From NCBI RefSeq assembly GCF_006345805.1, contig NC_043008.1, forward strand, positions 38,936,001-39,000,000: a stretch of 64,000 nucleotides of DNA. Direction: 5' to 3'. Under the pieces are notes generated by a model. It ran no database searches. It worked only from the letters and a program-made list of their open reading frames with translations, and had not been told where the DNA came from. Positions 1 through 12,837 of this stretch are shown here, one piece after another; the first letter of the stretch is position 1; the number at the start of each line of letters is the position of its first letter. The DNA is from Octopus sinensis. Taxonomy: Eukaryota. A program made the translations under genes and the position numbers.

Positions 1-1
1 T

Positions 2-202
2 ATAGGAAAAACTATCGGCTTCCAGACATATATACATTTATTAACCCCCAGGTACTACAACATTTTAAAAGCTTTATGTCACTGCCTACCACTGGGTTTA
101 GACAAATACCGGAAGAAAAAGAGAGACATCCTAAGAGAAATAACTGGGATATTAATAGCAAATAACTACCAAGCCATATACTGGAATGTACACTGCAGAT
201 AA
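2..202 (+). pseudogene. Possible Penelope-like element RT C-terminal (thumb-region) remnant
   Basis: Frame 2 reads YIHLLTPRYYNILKALCHCL...ILREITGILIANNY, resembling the PLE motif Y.N..S.HP...K..II.SL..R...I..IL..N.YP; recognised by eye only. Confidence 0.35.
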
Positions 203-589
203 ACAGCAAACATCACGTTGTAATCGAGTCCACAATCGACCCCAATAATAATTCATAGACGTAAACGGACAATGGGGAGAGTGCCACTTGTCTAGTTAAT
301 CATGCTGCACGCCATGTGATGAATTACAACATATTGAAGCATCCATTGTGGTCCAGAAATATATTACACGAAGACATGATATGATGTAGGGAAAGAATAA
401 AGCAAATAGACACAAATACCACACACAGACACACATACACAAATTCACACACACACACACACACAAATAGACACAAACAAACACACTAATACACATAAAT
501 AAATACCTATAAGGATTTTAAAACGTTCTCATGAAAGGTTAAAAGGAGTCAGTGCTGGTGATTGAGTTGCATTAATAGTGTGTCTGGGA

Positions 590-624
<35 letters not shown>

Positions 625-643
625 TATGTATATATATATATTA

Positions 644-677
<34 letters not shown>

Positions 678-1068
678 CATACTGTGAAGCTAAATCAACA
701 AAAAAGCACTCCATCTGGTGAGAGATAAATATTCTTTAATAAACACAGGATATATTGTTATTAGCTACTAAGAGTTTCGTGTGATGGAAATGACTCAGAC
801 AGCATTTTATAACAACCCTGGTTTTTTCATGAAAGCCCCAGGCGATGTCTACATGGCATAACAAGCCAAAATGGAACAATTAAATAAAAGAAAATAAGAG
901 AAAAAGCGAGAAGCAAATAGATGTAAAAGGTGGAAAGTGGAAAACACCGGAAAACGAAAGGAAAAGGAAAAAGAAAAAAACGATGAGACCTAGAATTATG
1001 TCCCCTATGATCATGAATTCATAATAAGGCTGAATGGATAGGGGCTTCATAATCAGTAGTACAGCTGT

Positions 1069-1353
1069 TCAATCCAGAGAGTGGGGTATTTTACAATTCG
1101 CCAACAGGAACTTATCCAAATAGTTAAATCCGCTGAAAATTTCTGATGTGGAATTCAGCAGTGCAGTGGAATCCTTAGACCTGCAAAGGATCTGTGATCG
1201 TTCAGCTACGCATAGTTTACAAATTTTTGATCCGTTGGCATATGGTGTGGACTTTCCAACTATTTTCCACTTGACTGTATGTAGTGTGGCTTTAGATTTC
1301 AAAACCCATACGTGACTAGCCAACCTAGCGGCTTTACTTTTGTCCACACCCAA
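1069..1353 (-). pseudogene. GIY-YIG endonuclease C-terminal half of a Penelope-like retroelement (relic spans about 676-1800)
   Basis: LASHVWVLK...TVKWKIVGKSTPYANGSKICKLCVAERSQIL...LLNSTSEI...KFLL matches the PLE endonuclease pattern LS.HIW.LK...I.W.I....Y.N....C.LC..EK..I....LLN.R.E. Confidence 0.85.
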
Positions 1354-1461
1354 CAGAGATCCAACATCTAACGTCCTTGAATTTACTCCTGCTCGTTATG
1401 TTGATCTCTTTTCTTCTCTTCCTCGCTTTTTAATGGATATTTTTCGAGCATATGAAGGACT

Positions 1462-1719
1462 GAGGAGGTGCGTGGTTTAGTGGTTAGGGCATCAGCATCA
1501 TGATTGTAAGATTGTGGTTTCGATCCCTGGACCGGGCGACGCGTTGTGTTCTTGAGCAAAACACTTCATTTCATGTTGCTCCAGTCCACTCAGCTGGCAA
1601 AAATGAGTAACGCTGCGATGGACTGGCGTCCCGTCTAGCTGGGGAACACATACGCCATAGAAACCGGGAAACTGGGCCCATGAGCCTGGCTAGGCTTTAA
1701 AAGGGCGCATTTAGTGTAT
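1462..1719 (+). mobile_element. tRNA-derived SINE (family A: tRNA head, CORE-like box, distinct tail) inserted into the PLE relic
   Basis: A box TGGTTTAGTGG, B box GTTTCGATCCC, CORE-like TGTGTTCTTGAGCAAAACACTT; 12-bp TSD ATATGAAGGACT at 1450-1461 and 1720-1731. Confidence 0.85.
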
Positions 1720-2303
1720 ATATGAAGGACTATATTCAAACGGTATAATTTTTAGCATTTTTGTTCCTCCTTGAGCGTTTATCTAAAAACATGAAACTTA
1801 TGAAAGTCTTTTGCACATTTCTTGCTTTTTGTTTTATCTTATTTATATGTACTGTTTGGTATACATTCACATATATATTTGTCTGTGTGTGTGTGTGTGT
1901 GTACTAGAATGTAAAAGCAGGAAAAATTACATTAAAAAAATCACAGAAGATATATGTCCATAATACAAATAATATCGTATTAATAAAAAAGTATATAAAC
2001 TATCTTTATTTAAAAAGTTTTGAGATATTTTACGATCGTTTCATGAATGTATGACCTGTCGAAATGAAATCCAAAATTAATAATCATTATTAGGTAGTAC
2101 ATACACTCATCAGAGAAAAAGATGAATTTCCGTATAGTTTAATCAAATGAAATAGATGCTATTTAAAATCGTATGATAACGGTGTTGTTTAAAAAGTTAT
2201 TGGTATAAATGTGTATCGGTATAAACTTGGGCTAAAAGTTTTGAAAAAATAATATAAATCCATGGTAAGATATTTTGTAATAATCCATGGTATACACACA
2301 CAC

Positions 2304-2373
<70 letters not shown>

Positions 2374-2393
2374 ATAAATGTATGTATATTATT

Positions 2394-2768
2394 GGCACTC
2401 CGTCGGTTACGACGAGTGTTCCAGTTGATCCGATCAACGGAACAGCGTACTCGTGAAATTAACTTGCAAGTGGATGAGCACTCCACAGACACGTGTACCA
2501 TTAACGTAGTTCTCCGGAAGATTCAGCGTGACACGGAGTGTGACAAGGCTGGCCCTTTGAAATACTGGTACAGCAGAAACAGAAAGAAAGAGGGAGAGAA
2601 TTTTGGGGTGAAAGAGAACAGCAGGGTTCGCCACCACCCCCTGCCGGAGGTTCGTGGAGCTTTAGGTGTTTTCGCACAATAAACACTCACAACGCCTGGT
2701 CTGGGAATCGAAACCGCGATCCTACAACCGCGAGACAGCCGCCCTAACCATTGGGCCATTGCGCCTCC
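2394..2768 (-). mobile_element. tRNA-derived SINE family B (Arg-like head; possibly an octopus OR-type SINE)
   Basis: Minus-strand head GGAGGCGCAATGGCCCAATGGTTAGGGC..GGTTTCGATTCC; near-identical to 3236-3641 and 51883-52257. Confidence 0.85.
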
Positions 2769-3235
2769 ATATACATACATAATACGTACATACGAACATA
2801 CATACATACATACATACATACATACATACATACATACATACATACATACATACATACATAACAAATGATGAATATAAACGCTTTTGTCAGATTTGATAAC
2901 GTGTATTCTAATTGCTTGACAAGCTGAAAACAACCTACAGAATGAATTTCTCGGTATCTGGCTGAGTATTCCGCAACCATTCACACTCCTTTAAGATATT
3001 TGCAGTCAGATTCACAATAAGACACACTGGATAATAAGGATTGCAATTTATATTCATATGTATAATATCTGGCGGACTTCCAAACCGTGTTTGTGTAGCC
3101 AGCTTCACTTTTTAAGCCTGAGTCAAGCCGATGGTATGGTAACAGACGCCAATTCGGAACGTTACAAAGTGAACCGATTACGAAGTGATCTAGTACATAT
3201 ACACATATAATTAAATGATTATATATAGAAGAAGG

Positions 3236-3641
3236 AGCACTCCGTCGGTTACGACGATGAGGGTCCCAGCTGATACGATCAACGGAACAGCTTGCTCGTG
3301 GAATTAACCTGCAAGTGGCTGAGCATTCCACAGACACGTGTACCCTTAACGTAGTTCTCGGGGATATTCAGCGTGACACAGAGAGTGACAAGGCCGGCTC
3401 TTTGGAATACAGAAACAAGTACAACAGGAATACAGAAATAGGTACAATAGAAACAGGAAGTAAGAGTGAGAGAAAGTTGTGGTGAAAGAGTACAGCAGGG
3501 ATCACCACCATCCCTGCCGGAGGTTCGTGGAGCTTTAGGTGTTTTCGCTCAATAAACACTCACAACGCCCGGTCTGGGAATCGAAACCGCGATCCTATGA
3601 CCGCGAGTCCGCTGCCCTAACCACTGGGCCATTGCACCTCC
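3236..3641 (-). mobile_element. tRNA-derived SINE family B
   Basis: Full-length copy homologous to 2394-2768; GGACTCGCGG anticodon-like arm. Confidence 0.85.
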
Positions 3642-3700
3642 GATTATATATATACAAACACACAGACACACATACATACATACATACATACATACATACA

Positions 3701-3736
<36 letters not shown>

Positions 3737-4046
3737 TATATATATCTACTCACATATAAAGCACTGCTATTTAATGAACATGTATGTGCGTATATCGTGT
3801 GTTTGTGTGTCCGTTGGTGTATTTAGTAAAAAGTTATTCATCTTATATCATGGATATACATATCTATGTAAACAATGGCATGGTATACAAAAGACGCACG
3901 CACGCACAAATACACAAATGCACACTGTAACTACGTACATAAACAGAGGCATAGCCCCACATACAGGCAACTCATTTGCGTATATGTTATACATACATAT
4001 CTGCACATACGTAAATATGCATATACTTACAAATAATTATAAATGC

Positions 4047-4084
<38 letters not shown>

Positions 4085-4750
4085 CATAGCCGAAATTGCG
4101 AGGATGATCCGGTTCTTGACTGAAGATTGAAGGCTTCGAATGTCCCATCCGTATTTTTTGTATCGTCTTCTAAATGTCGGAAATTGTTGGACACTGCACG
4201 AGTGCGTGCAGAACGGTTTCGTCGCTCTGACCGCATCTCGGGCAGGTCGGCCCCATGTTTCTCGAGCCGTGTCTGTAGAGGTTATCCCGAGCGGGTAGCG
4301 CTTCTCGGTAGCACTGCCAGGCCAGGGATCTCTGGAAGTTGTCCATGGGCCCTGGCCCGAAAGTCGTCCCGAACAGGCGGGTCAGGTACTCCTCGTCGAC
4401 GTCCAGGTTCGCCCCGAGCTCGTCGTCGTACCTCCCCTCCACTAATCCCCTATAGAATGCTTTGGTTGTGATGAAATCACTCAAGGTCGACCCAGGACGG
4501 CAGAGTTGCTTGAGAGCAACGCGACACTCGCGGTGCCATTCGCCCTTCCTCGGCCTCTTTTTGATCCACGACTGCAGTTCGGTCATGGAGACGAGCTGCG
4601 GGAAAGCGTGTCTCACAAACGGCGACCACACCTGTTCATCGTCGTCTACGAAGAGCCTGAGATGTCGCAGTCTCAGCGCGTGTCTGCGCATCATCAACCA
4701 CGGCATGCCCAGTCCTCCTTTTAACGGGTGTTGACAGCAAATGGATCGCC

Positions 4751-4752
<2 letters not shown>
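4085..4752 (-). pseudogene. Tx1/L1-clade non-LTR retrotransposon ORF2 fragment (post-RT and zf-RVT region)
   Basis: [16 protein letters not shown]...[19 protein letters not shown] (CCHC zf-RVT); homologous to 47112-48122; both ends abut microsatellites. Confidence 0.9.
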
Positions 4753-5097
<345 letters not shown>

Positions 5098-5452
5098 TTC
5101 TAGCATACATATTTCAAACATACTTGCGTAGAATGCGTGTAGTGTGTCTGCGTGTAACTGTGTGTGATGAGGTGTGGTGTAGAATTGAGTTGTGAGTTAT
5201 GGTTTGGAGTTTACATTGATTACTCTCGGCACTCCCTCTAACTATAGAAACCTTGCAGATCGATTCGAGAAATGAAAATACAAAGTAAGAGAGAAAACAA
5301 AAAGAAAGAAAGGAAGGAAGAAAGAAGAAAAGAAAGAAAGAAAACACTAAATAGAAAACCATTCAATGGGATTGCATGTCAAACAGTAATTCCATTGTAG
5401 GGAGACTTCCACCTCTGAGTCATTAAGACAGCTAAACAAACAAAAAATTACA

Positions 5453-5666
5453 CATACATACATATATACATACATACATGCATACATACATACATACATA
5501 CATACATACATACATACACACACATATACCTACATACATATATTCATATACACATATATAAATAAGTACATGTGTATATACATATATATGTATATATGCA
5601 TATATATATTTATAAACATACACGTATGTATGCAAATATGTATTTGTATAAATGTATCTATATATG

Positions 5667-5738
<72 letters not shown>

Positions 5739-5790
5739 ATAATATATATATATATGTATGTATGTATGTTTTTATGTATGTGTGTGTGTA
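5453..5790. repeat. Compound (CATA)n/(TA)n/(TATG)n microsatellite
   Basis: Direct reading. Confidence 0.9.
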
Positions 5791-5843
5791 TGTATAAACA
5801 AATATTATGAAATCACCACACTCAGCATCCCTACCACCTCACT

Positions 5844-5875
<32 letters not shown>

Positions 5876-6066
5876 ACACTCACACACACACACACATACA
5901 CACACACAGACAAAGAGTTAGACTAAAGGCCAAAATAATCCATAATAGGAATTATCCTACACTTCAATGGCCAGCAATTCTCTAACTATGGCGCCAGAAA
6001 TTCTTCACTGTTGCCCATTTAGACTTTACCTCTATCCCGCCATGGCTTCTTCATACCGCGGCACGT

Positions 6067-6067
6067 A

Positions 6068-6142
<75 letters not shown>

Positions 6143-6160
6143 TAAGGAAGGAAGAAAGAA
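6067..6160. repeat. (AAAG)n microsatellite
   Basis: Direct reading. Confidence 0.95.
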
Positions 6161-6499
6161 AGAAAATAATAATGAGATGCCAGCAACAACAACAACAACA
6201 ACAAAATGCAAAATCCACAATAGTCGAAAAGACCATGCCACTGAGAAGCGAAGAAAAGCAGCAACAGAAAAAAATAAAAATAATAATACAAGCGATGCGA
6301 AAATAAAATAGAAAGGCAAATATAATAAGAAGAAAATTCTAGGGAAAAAATACAGCGTAAACAGGAAAATAAAAGAAATACACGCATGAAATACATCAGC
6401 TAAATAAAGAATATCAACAACAGCAACAGCAGCAACAATATCTATAACAATAAATAAATATGAGGAAAATGAATATGTAAAAATTAAACGACCAATAAC

Positions 6500-6575
6500 A
6501 ACAACAATAACAGTGATGATAATAATAGTAATAACAATGATAATAATAGTAATCACGATGAGGATAATAATAATA

Positions 6576-6636
<61 letters not shown>

Positions 6637-6950
6637 TAATAATAATATTAATAATAATAATAATTATGATGATTATTATTGTTATTATTATTATTATTAA
6701 TATTATTATTATTATTGTTTTTTATTGTTATTATTATTAATATTATTATTATTATTGTTATTATTATTAATATTATTTTTACTATTATTATTATTATTAT
6801 TATTATCATTATTATTATTATTATTATTATTATCATCATCATCATCATCATCATCATTATTATTATTATTATTATTATTATATTATTATTATTATTATTA
6901 TTATTATTATCATCATAATGATAATATTAACAATAATAATTATAATCCTA
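6500..6950. repeat. Head-to-head (ATA)n then (TAT)n/(CAT)n trinucleotide tract
   Basis: Direct reading; orientation switches near 6665. Confidence 0.9.
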
Positions 6951-7274
6951 ATAATAGGTCTTAATTAATGAGCTAATGTACAGAAATAGATAGTAAAACA
7001 AAAATGAGATAAAAATTAAAGAACGAAAGAAAAATGGAAAACTAGAAATGCATTACTTTTAAGAATAACATTAAAAATAGGAAAGTATCCTAACCACCAT
7101 CACCACCACCACCACCATCACCACCACCACCACCATCACCACCATCACCACCACGAATACTACCCGCTGCCACCCCCGCCAGAAACAATCATACATAACA
7201 GGAAACGACAACTAGAAATGAGAATCTTAATGAAGTCGGTGAAATGGCTTATTCATCATAATTTAAATTTCTGA

Positions 7275-7354
<80 letters not shown>

Positions 7355-7403
7355 TTGTGTGTGCGCGTGCGTGCGTATGTGTGTGTACGTGTGTATGTGT
7401 GTT

Positions 7404-7644
7404 TTATAATTTAGAACGCACAGTAAAAGTTTGTCTTTATAGTACTCGGAGTTTCGAATGTCGGAGCGAAGAGCTACGATACATTCTCGTCGGCTATTAA
7501 TGGCAACAAACGCTATGAGAAACCGTTTCTCATAGCGTTTGTTGCCATTAATAGCCGACGAGAATATATCGTAGCTCTTCGCTCCGACATTCGAAACTCC
7601 GAGTACTATAAAGACAAACTTTTGCCGTGTGTTCTAAATTATAA
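7404..7644. repeat. 241-bp near-perfect palindrome (fold-back element)
   Basis: 120-bp arms around a single central C at 7524; 4 mismatches counted by eye. Confidence 0.95.
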
Positions 7645-7715
7645 CATATTATAATTGATCCTCTATTTCTCTAATATCGAGGTCTCATTCCTTTGTTACT
7701 TATTATTATTAATAT

Positions 7716-7751
<36 letters not shown>

Positions 7752-7753
7752 CA

Positions 7754-7799
<46 letters not shown>

Positions 7800-8500
7800 A
7801 AAAATTATAATATATATATATGTGACGTAAACGATGTAATAGAAACCCACAACAAAAACAACAATACTAATAATGAAATAATAACTTGAAGAACAACCAC
7901 GAGAGCTGTGTTTAGCCTCATGGACTCAGAAATATAGAAAATAAGTGAACCTCCGACAAAGCGAACATATATAGACAGTGCTCCAGCATGGCCGTTGTCC
8001 AGTGACTGAAACAAATGAAAGCCAACAAAAGAAAAAAAGATATGTGTGTGTGTGTGTGCGCGCGCTTCTGTATGTGCATCTATGCGAATGTCTCTGTGCG
8101 TATGTACGTCTGTATGTATGTTGATATATATGTATAGATAGAGAGACAGGCAGGTAGATTGGTAGATTGATAGATTGGTCGGTTGGTAGATTTGTCGGTA
8201 ACATACATAACATTGGTCAACAAAATAAGACTTATTTTCTGGCATAAAATCTTAGAGCTGCTTTAGATTAATTTGGGGGTGCTGTTTCCAAAACTAACTT
8301 CAGATTTGCTTTATCACATCACATTTTTGTGCCATCGGCATATACCTTTATTTACCTGGAGCATACCAAAATTTAACTTTACACTACTATTTGTGGGAAT
8401 TTGGCTGGGTTGTCACGCTAATTTTGAATACGTTCAAGATGAGTTTTGCTTTAAAGCTTTTCTTCTTTTCAGTTGTGAACTGAACCACTGTGACCTGCCT

Positions 8501-9010
8501 ATGGATATAACATCAAAAAGAAGGACGTGCTGTAATGACCCCGATATCTTTTGTTATGGCTGTGGAAACTTCACTCCACAGTCTCAAGGGTGTAACATTG
8601 ATGACTTTGTCAAGATGTATCTTGCTTACTTTAAAGTAGCACTTAGAGACCAGGAACAAAACCTGGGCTCTCTACGAAGTTCGTAAAACCTGCGTTGAAA
8701 CTTGGTGCGACGAAGCAATTCATCAAAGCTATTAAGAGATTGTAGATGAGCTGCTCTTGAGCTGGTAATCAATTGGATTGATGTAGAATGAGTTTTAAAT
8801 TGTACTACTTACAGTCACTGGGGTGAGTTTCCAGAGAACCTGAGTGATGTTAGCGAAGAGCAAGCTGAACACTTTCATCAAAATATAAAAGTAATGGAAG
8901 AACGCTATCAAAGCCGATGGGACTTAAATATGATGGCAGATTACTGATGGAACTTGTAGAGAGGTATTCCAGAAGCTGTACACAAGAGGTCGTCAGAAAA
9001 GATGAGGTTG
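8501..9010 (+). pseudogene. Chapaev3-type transposase remnant (N-terminal zinc finger fused to C-terminus by deletion)
   Basis: RRTCCNDPDIFCYGCGNFT...DFVK.YLAYFKVALRDQ, then FPENLSDVSEEQAEHFHQNIKVMEERYQSRWDLNMMADY*W (family motif SDEHGERFHQDI..ME.RYQG.W); frameshifts and stops. Confidence 0.85.
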
Positions 9011-9305
9011 TTGCAGTAATAAGGTGATCAGAATAAATTACCAAAATGAATAGAGATTTTGTATTCATATTTTGTTATAACCGACCTTAATTCTTACATA
9101 CTAATGCACATTTACTCCCACTGTGTTGTGATTTATTAGATTAAAAAAGACATATTCTCTATTAAAATTGCATTTATGCCTGTTTAATTATTCCTTTATG
9201 AAAATTAAATAGTCGTTTCTAGCAAAATTAAAAGATTTTTATATCTCAAAATCTGATGTGACTTACAAAATCTGACGCCAGATTTGTATTCAGCACCTTA
9301 AAATT

Positions 9306-9737
9306 ACTCTTTTACTCCTTTACTTATTTCAATCATTTGACTGTGGCCAGGCTGGAGCACCGCTTTTCAGTCGAGCAAATCAACCCCAGGACTTATTCTT
9401 TGTAAGCCTAGTACTTATTCTATCGGTCTCTAAGTTACGAGGACGTAAACACACCAGCATCGGTTGTCAAGCGATGTTGGGGGGGACAAACACAGACACA
9501 CAAACATACACACACATACACACACACACACACAAACAGACACGCACACACACACACACATACATATATATATATACATATATACGCCGGGCTTCTTTCA
9601 TTTTCCATCTACCACTCACAAGGCTTTGGTCGGCTTGAGGCTATAGTAGAAGACACTTGCCCAAGGTGCCCAGCAATGGGACTTAACCCGGAACCATGTG
9701 GTTCGTAAGCAAGTTACTTACCACACAGCCACGCCTA
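9306..9737 (-). mobile_element. tRNA-derived CORE-like SINE family D nested in the Chapaev3 element
   Basis: Head TAGGCGTGGCTGTGTGGTAAG, CORE-like GGCACCTTGGGCAAGTGTCTTC, internal CA/TA microsatellite, tail ...GACTGAAAC..(AAAAGAGT)n. Confidence 0.85.
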
Positions 9738-10136
9738 TATTAGCTAAAACCCAGTGATAAACTTTGTGCCGGAAAATGTGTTGACCAATGTAATCAGTGA
9801 AGCACTGAGTCGTTTAATCCGCTAAGGCGCACCACATCAAAATTTCCGACTTTCTACTTATGTATGGAATTATTAAGGCACAACTAATTATATACGAAAT
9901 AATTTTATAGGCAAACAGTAGGGATTATTTAACAGCTTCCTGATTTCAGTGAATACCTGTGACCCAGTGGAATAGGATGGTGGACTCATCTACATAAGTT
10001 CATGGGTTCGACTCGTCTACCGGTCGCTGCAATAGGTTCTTGAACGAAACACTTCATTTCATGTTGCTTCCGAACCATTGAGAGTAAACACAGCAATGAA
10101 CTGATGTTCTGTTCTGAAGAGAAGTAAGTATTATAA

Positions 10137-10173
<37 letters not shown>

Positions 10174-10208
10174 CTCTCTCTGTTGTCTATAAACCATTAA
10201 AACAAGAA

Positions 10209-10444
10209 AGGCGGCGAGCTGGCAGAAACGTTAGCAAGCCGGGCGAAATGCTTAGCGGTATTTCGTCTGTCGTTACGTTCTGAGTTCAAATTCCGTCGAG
10301 GTCGACTTTGTCTTTCATCCTCTCGGGGTCGATAAATAAAGTACCAGTTTCGCAATGGGTCGATGTGGTCGACTTGGTCCCTTTGTCTGTCCTTGTTTGT
10401 CCCCTCTGTGTTTAGCTCCTTGTGGGTAGTAAAGAAATATATAT
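10209..10444 (+). mobile_element. SINE family C (tRNA head plus Nin/Deu-domain-like core)
   Basis: Head GGCGGCGAGCTGGCAGAAACGTTAGC; core GTCGACTTTG.CTTTCATCCT.TCGGGGTCGATAA..AAGTACCAG; 16-bp TSD ACCATTAAAACAAGAA at 10193-10208 and 10445-10460. Confidence 0.85.
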
Positions 10445-10464
10445 ACCATTAAAACAAGAATAAG

Positions 10465-10950
10465 TTCTTTCTCAATGAACATCTTGGCACGTCACGTATC
10501 TATTCACCTCTCTTAATTGTAGATGACAATAATACCGGTGTGTTCCTGATTACTAAAAATGTAGAACATCAATCGAATAGATAACGTATTAATACATGTT
10601 AAGTCCGTTGAACTTTTAATTCTTCACAACATTACTACCAGAAATTTTATTTCGTTAGATTACCTCGTATTCAGTCAAGTTTTTAATTCCAAGTAATTCC
10701 AATTTTGTGATAGGTCTAAATATTTTATTACAGTTTTCTAACCGAATATGCTATCATTATTTTTTTGTTAAAATTATCTCTTTTCAAATATCGTTTTGGC
10801 AGATTTTCCCAAACCGTATTTAATGCCAATATCCCAACAGACTTCGGACACTGTACGTAAGAGTATTTTCAGATTCGTGTCATCTGCATCATACAGCTTG
10901 AAATCATCTCAAAACAGCGGGAGTTGATTGAATATATCTGACTATTTTAC
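10465..10950 (-). pseudogene. R4/Dong-clade reverse transcriptase remnant
   Basis: Minus strand DDFKLYDADDTNLKILLRTVSEVCWDIGIKYGLGKSAK...WNYLG, compared with the R4/Dong pattern YMDDLKLY....L..LL.TV..FS.DI.M.FGL.KCAK...YKYLG. Confidence 0.7.
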
Positions 10951-11569
10951 TATGTTGCTTAAAGTTTCACATACAAATATGTATATATATATATGCATGT
11001 GTGTATGTGGATAGATATGTGTCTGTGCGCACGTGTTAAAACTGAGGTTATTATACTGGTTTCAAATTTTGTCTCAATGCCAGAAATTTCGGAGGAGGGG
11101 ATCGAGTCAAATTATTTAAGTATTTATTTTGTCGATCCCCAGTAATCGACTTGTACTTATTTTGCAGACCCTCAGTAATTGCTTTATCAACGCTAAAGGA
11201 TGAAAGGCAAAGCTGACCTCATTGGCATTTGAACTCATAACGTGAAAATGGACGAAATGCCGTGTTTAACGTTTCAACCTGGTTCACCAATTTGACAATT
11301 GAGTTTACTACGTTAAAACCGGTTCAAGAACAACAAGGAAGCATTTTCTGATGAACTGGCTTAATACGGAAGCTACAGACAAAATTACTACAAAATTTGT
11401 GTTGACTTTGAAGTTTGACTTAACGGTTCATTCTAATATTCTAGCATTTAGCTAGTTGTGTAAGCCGTTAGGCGAAACCAGAACACTCAGTCAATGTGTG
11501 TGTGAGTGTGGGTTTTGTGTGGGTGGGTGTGTGTATGCGTGTGTTTGTGTTTGCGAGTTTATGTTTGTA

Positions 11570-12036
11570 TTAGCAGCATAGCCCGGCGTTGCCCGGGTAC
11601 GTAAGAGCCCCTAGTAGGCAACGACTAATCCCAATCTAGTCCTTTCCCTCTAGGGAACGAAGGCGCATGTGTAGGTTGCAATGTCTTCTCTTCACTCGAA
11701 TACTTCTGTGTATACGATGTTCCTAGCTGTCCCTTTGGGCGAAAACATGAAAACATCATTGCACCTCCCAACGCGTGAACAGCCCACGTACAGCCCAGAA
11801 AATGTGTTGCATATAAAAAGCTTAGATTCTCGACCCCATGTCGAATTTATCGATTTTTTTCAGAACTGGGGGAACTTTTCAAAATTTTCGCTGCATTAGT
11901 TTTGAATTATGACATTGGGCTATGTGTGTGTCAAGTTTCATCAGAATCGGTTGAAAGCCGTGGTCAGGGTGAGGGTACAACCTGACAGACACACAGACAC
12001 ACAGACAGACAACCTGCCTTTTATATATAGAGAAGA
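11570..12036 (-). mobile_element. Non-autonomous Helitron (467 bp)
   Basis: On the minus strand: inserted between A and T, 5'-TC...CTAA-3' (CTRR), GC-rich subterminal hairpin CCCGGGCAACGCCGGG about 12 nt from the 3' end, (GACA)n-type microsatellite near the 5' end. Confidence 0.8.
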
Positions 12037-12468
12037 TATATATATATATATATTTGAGTGTATGTATGCAAGTCTGTTTGTGTACAACGAATTTGACTCA
12101 ACTCTTAGAAGTGAGTCCCTCATGTGTTTGTGTTCCGTCGCTGTTATTCAATTTGCTTTAAAATAACTTCAACTTAACAGGTATACTTTGTGTGTGTGTG
12201 TGTGTGTGTGTGTGTTTGAAGGTAAGTTGACGGCTCACGAAGGAAGCTTTTGTTTACGTCTATTTTTTTTTCCGTGTTCTTATTTAAAATTTTTCTCTTC
12301 TAAGAACCAGCCTCTTAACCGAGTTGAAAGACAATCCACTCCCTGGTTTGGCTTTCTTCTGCATCTCTTTTTTTTTTTTTTTTGTTATCGTTCTCCTCTG
12401 TAATTTCTACAACTTAATATCTTCTTTTATCTATTGTTTACGTTGTTCTATGCACACATTTCTCGTCT

Positions 12469-12504
<36 letters not shown>

Positions 12505-12740
12505 TCCCTCTCTCTCTCTCTCTCACACACACACATACATACATATAATATATATTTATATATATATTTAGACATATATATATAAGTATATCTATATTTG
12601 CTCATAAACACGCACATACGCGCGCACACACACACACACACATACACACAAATATATATATATATACATATATATATATATGAGTTGGTGCCGTCTAGTA
12701 TCTCAAAATATATATATATTGCAACCTACATATATATACA

Positions 12741-12779
<39 letters not shown>

Positions 12780-12837
12780 GAGTTGGTGCCTTCTAGTATC
12801 TCAAAATTCAATATATAATCATTTATGATTATAGTAT

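Larger units (their letters stand above)
8211..9790 (+). mobile_element. Internally deleted Chapaev3-like (CMC superfamily) DNA transposon
   Basis: Perfect 12-bp TIRs CATTGGTCAACA (8211-8222) and TGTTGACCAATG (9779-9790); 3-bp TAA TSD fits the TWA rule; transposase remnants inside. Confidence 0.8.

Noticed and set aside
1464-1540. tRNA-like sequences (also at other SINE heads)
   Set aside because: They lack a proper acceptor stem and continue into SINE bodies, so they are not tRNA genes
10803-10856. Cadherin-like micro-exon FSQTVFNANIPTDFGHC with AG/GT borders
   Set aside because: The opposite strand is a clear R4/Dong RT remnant that explains the sequence
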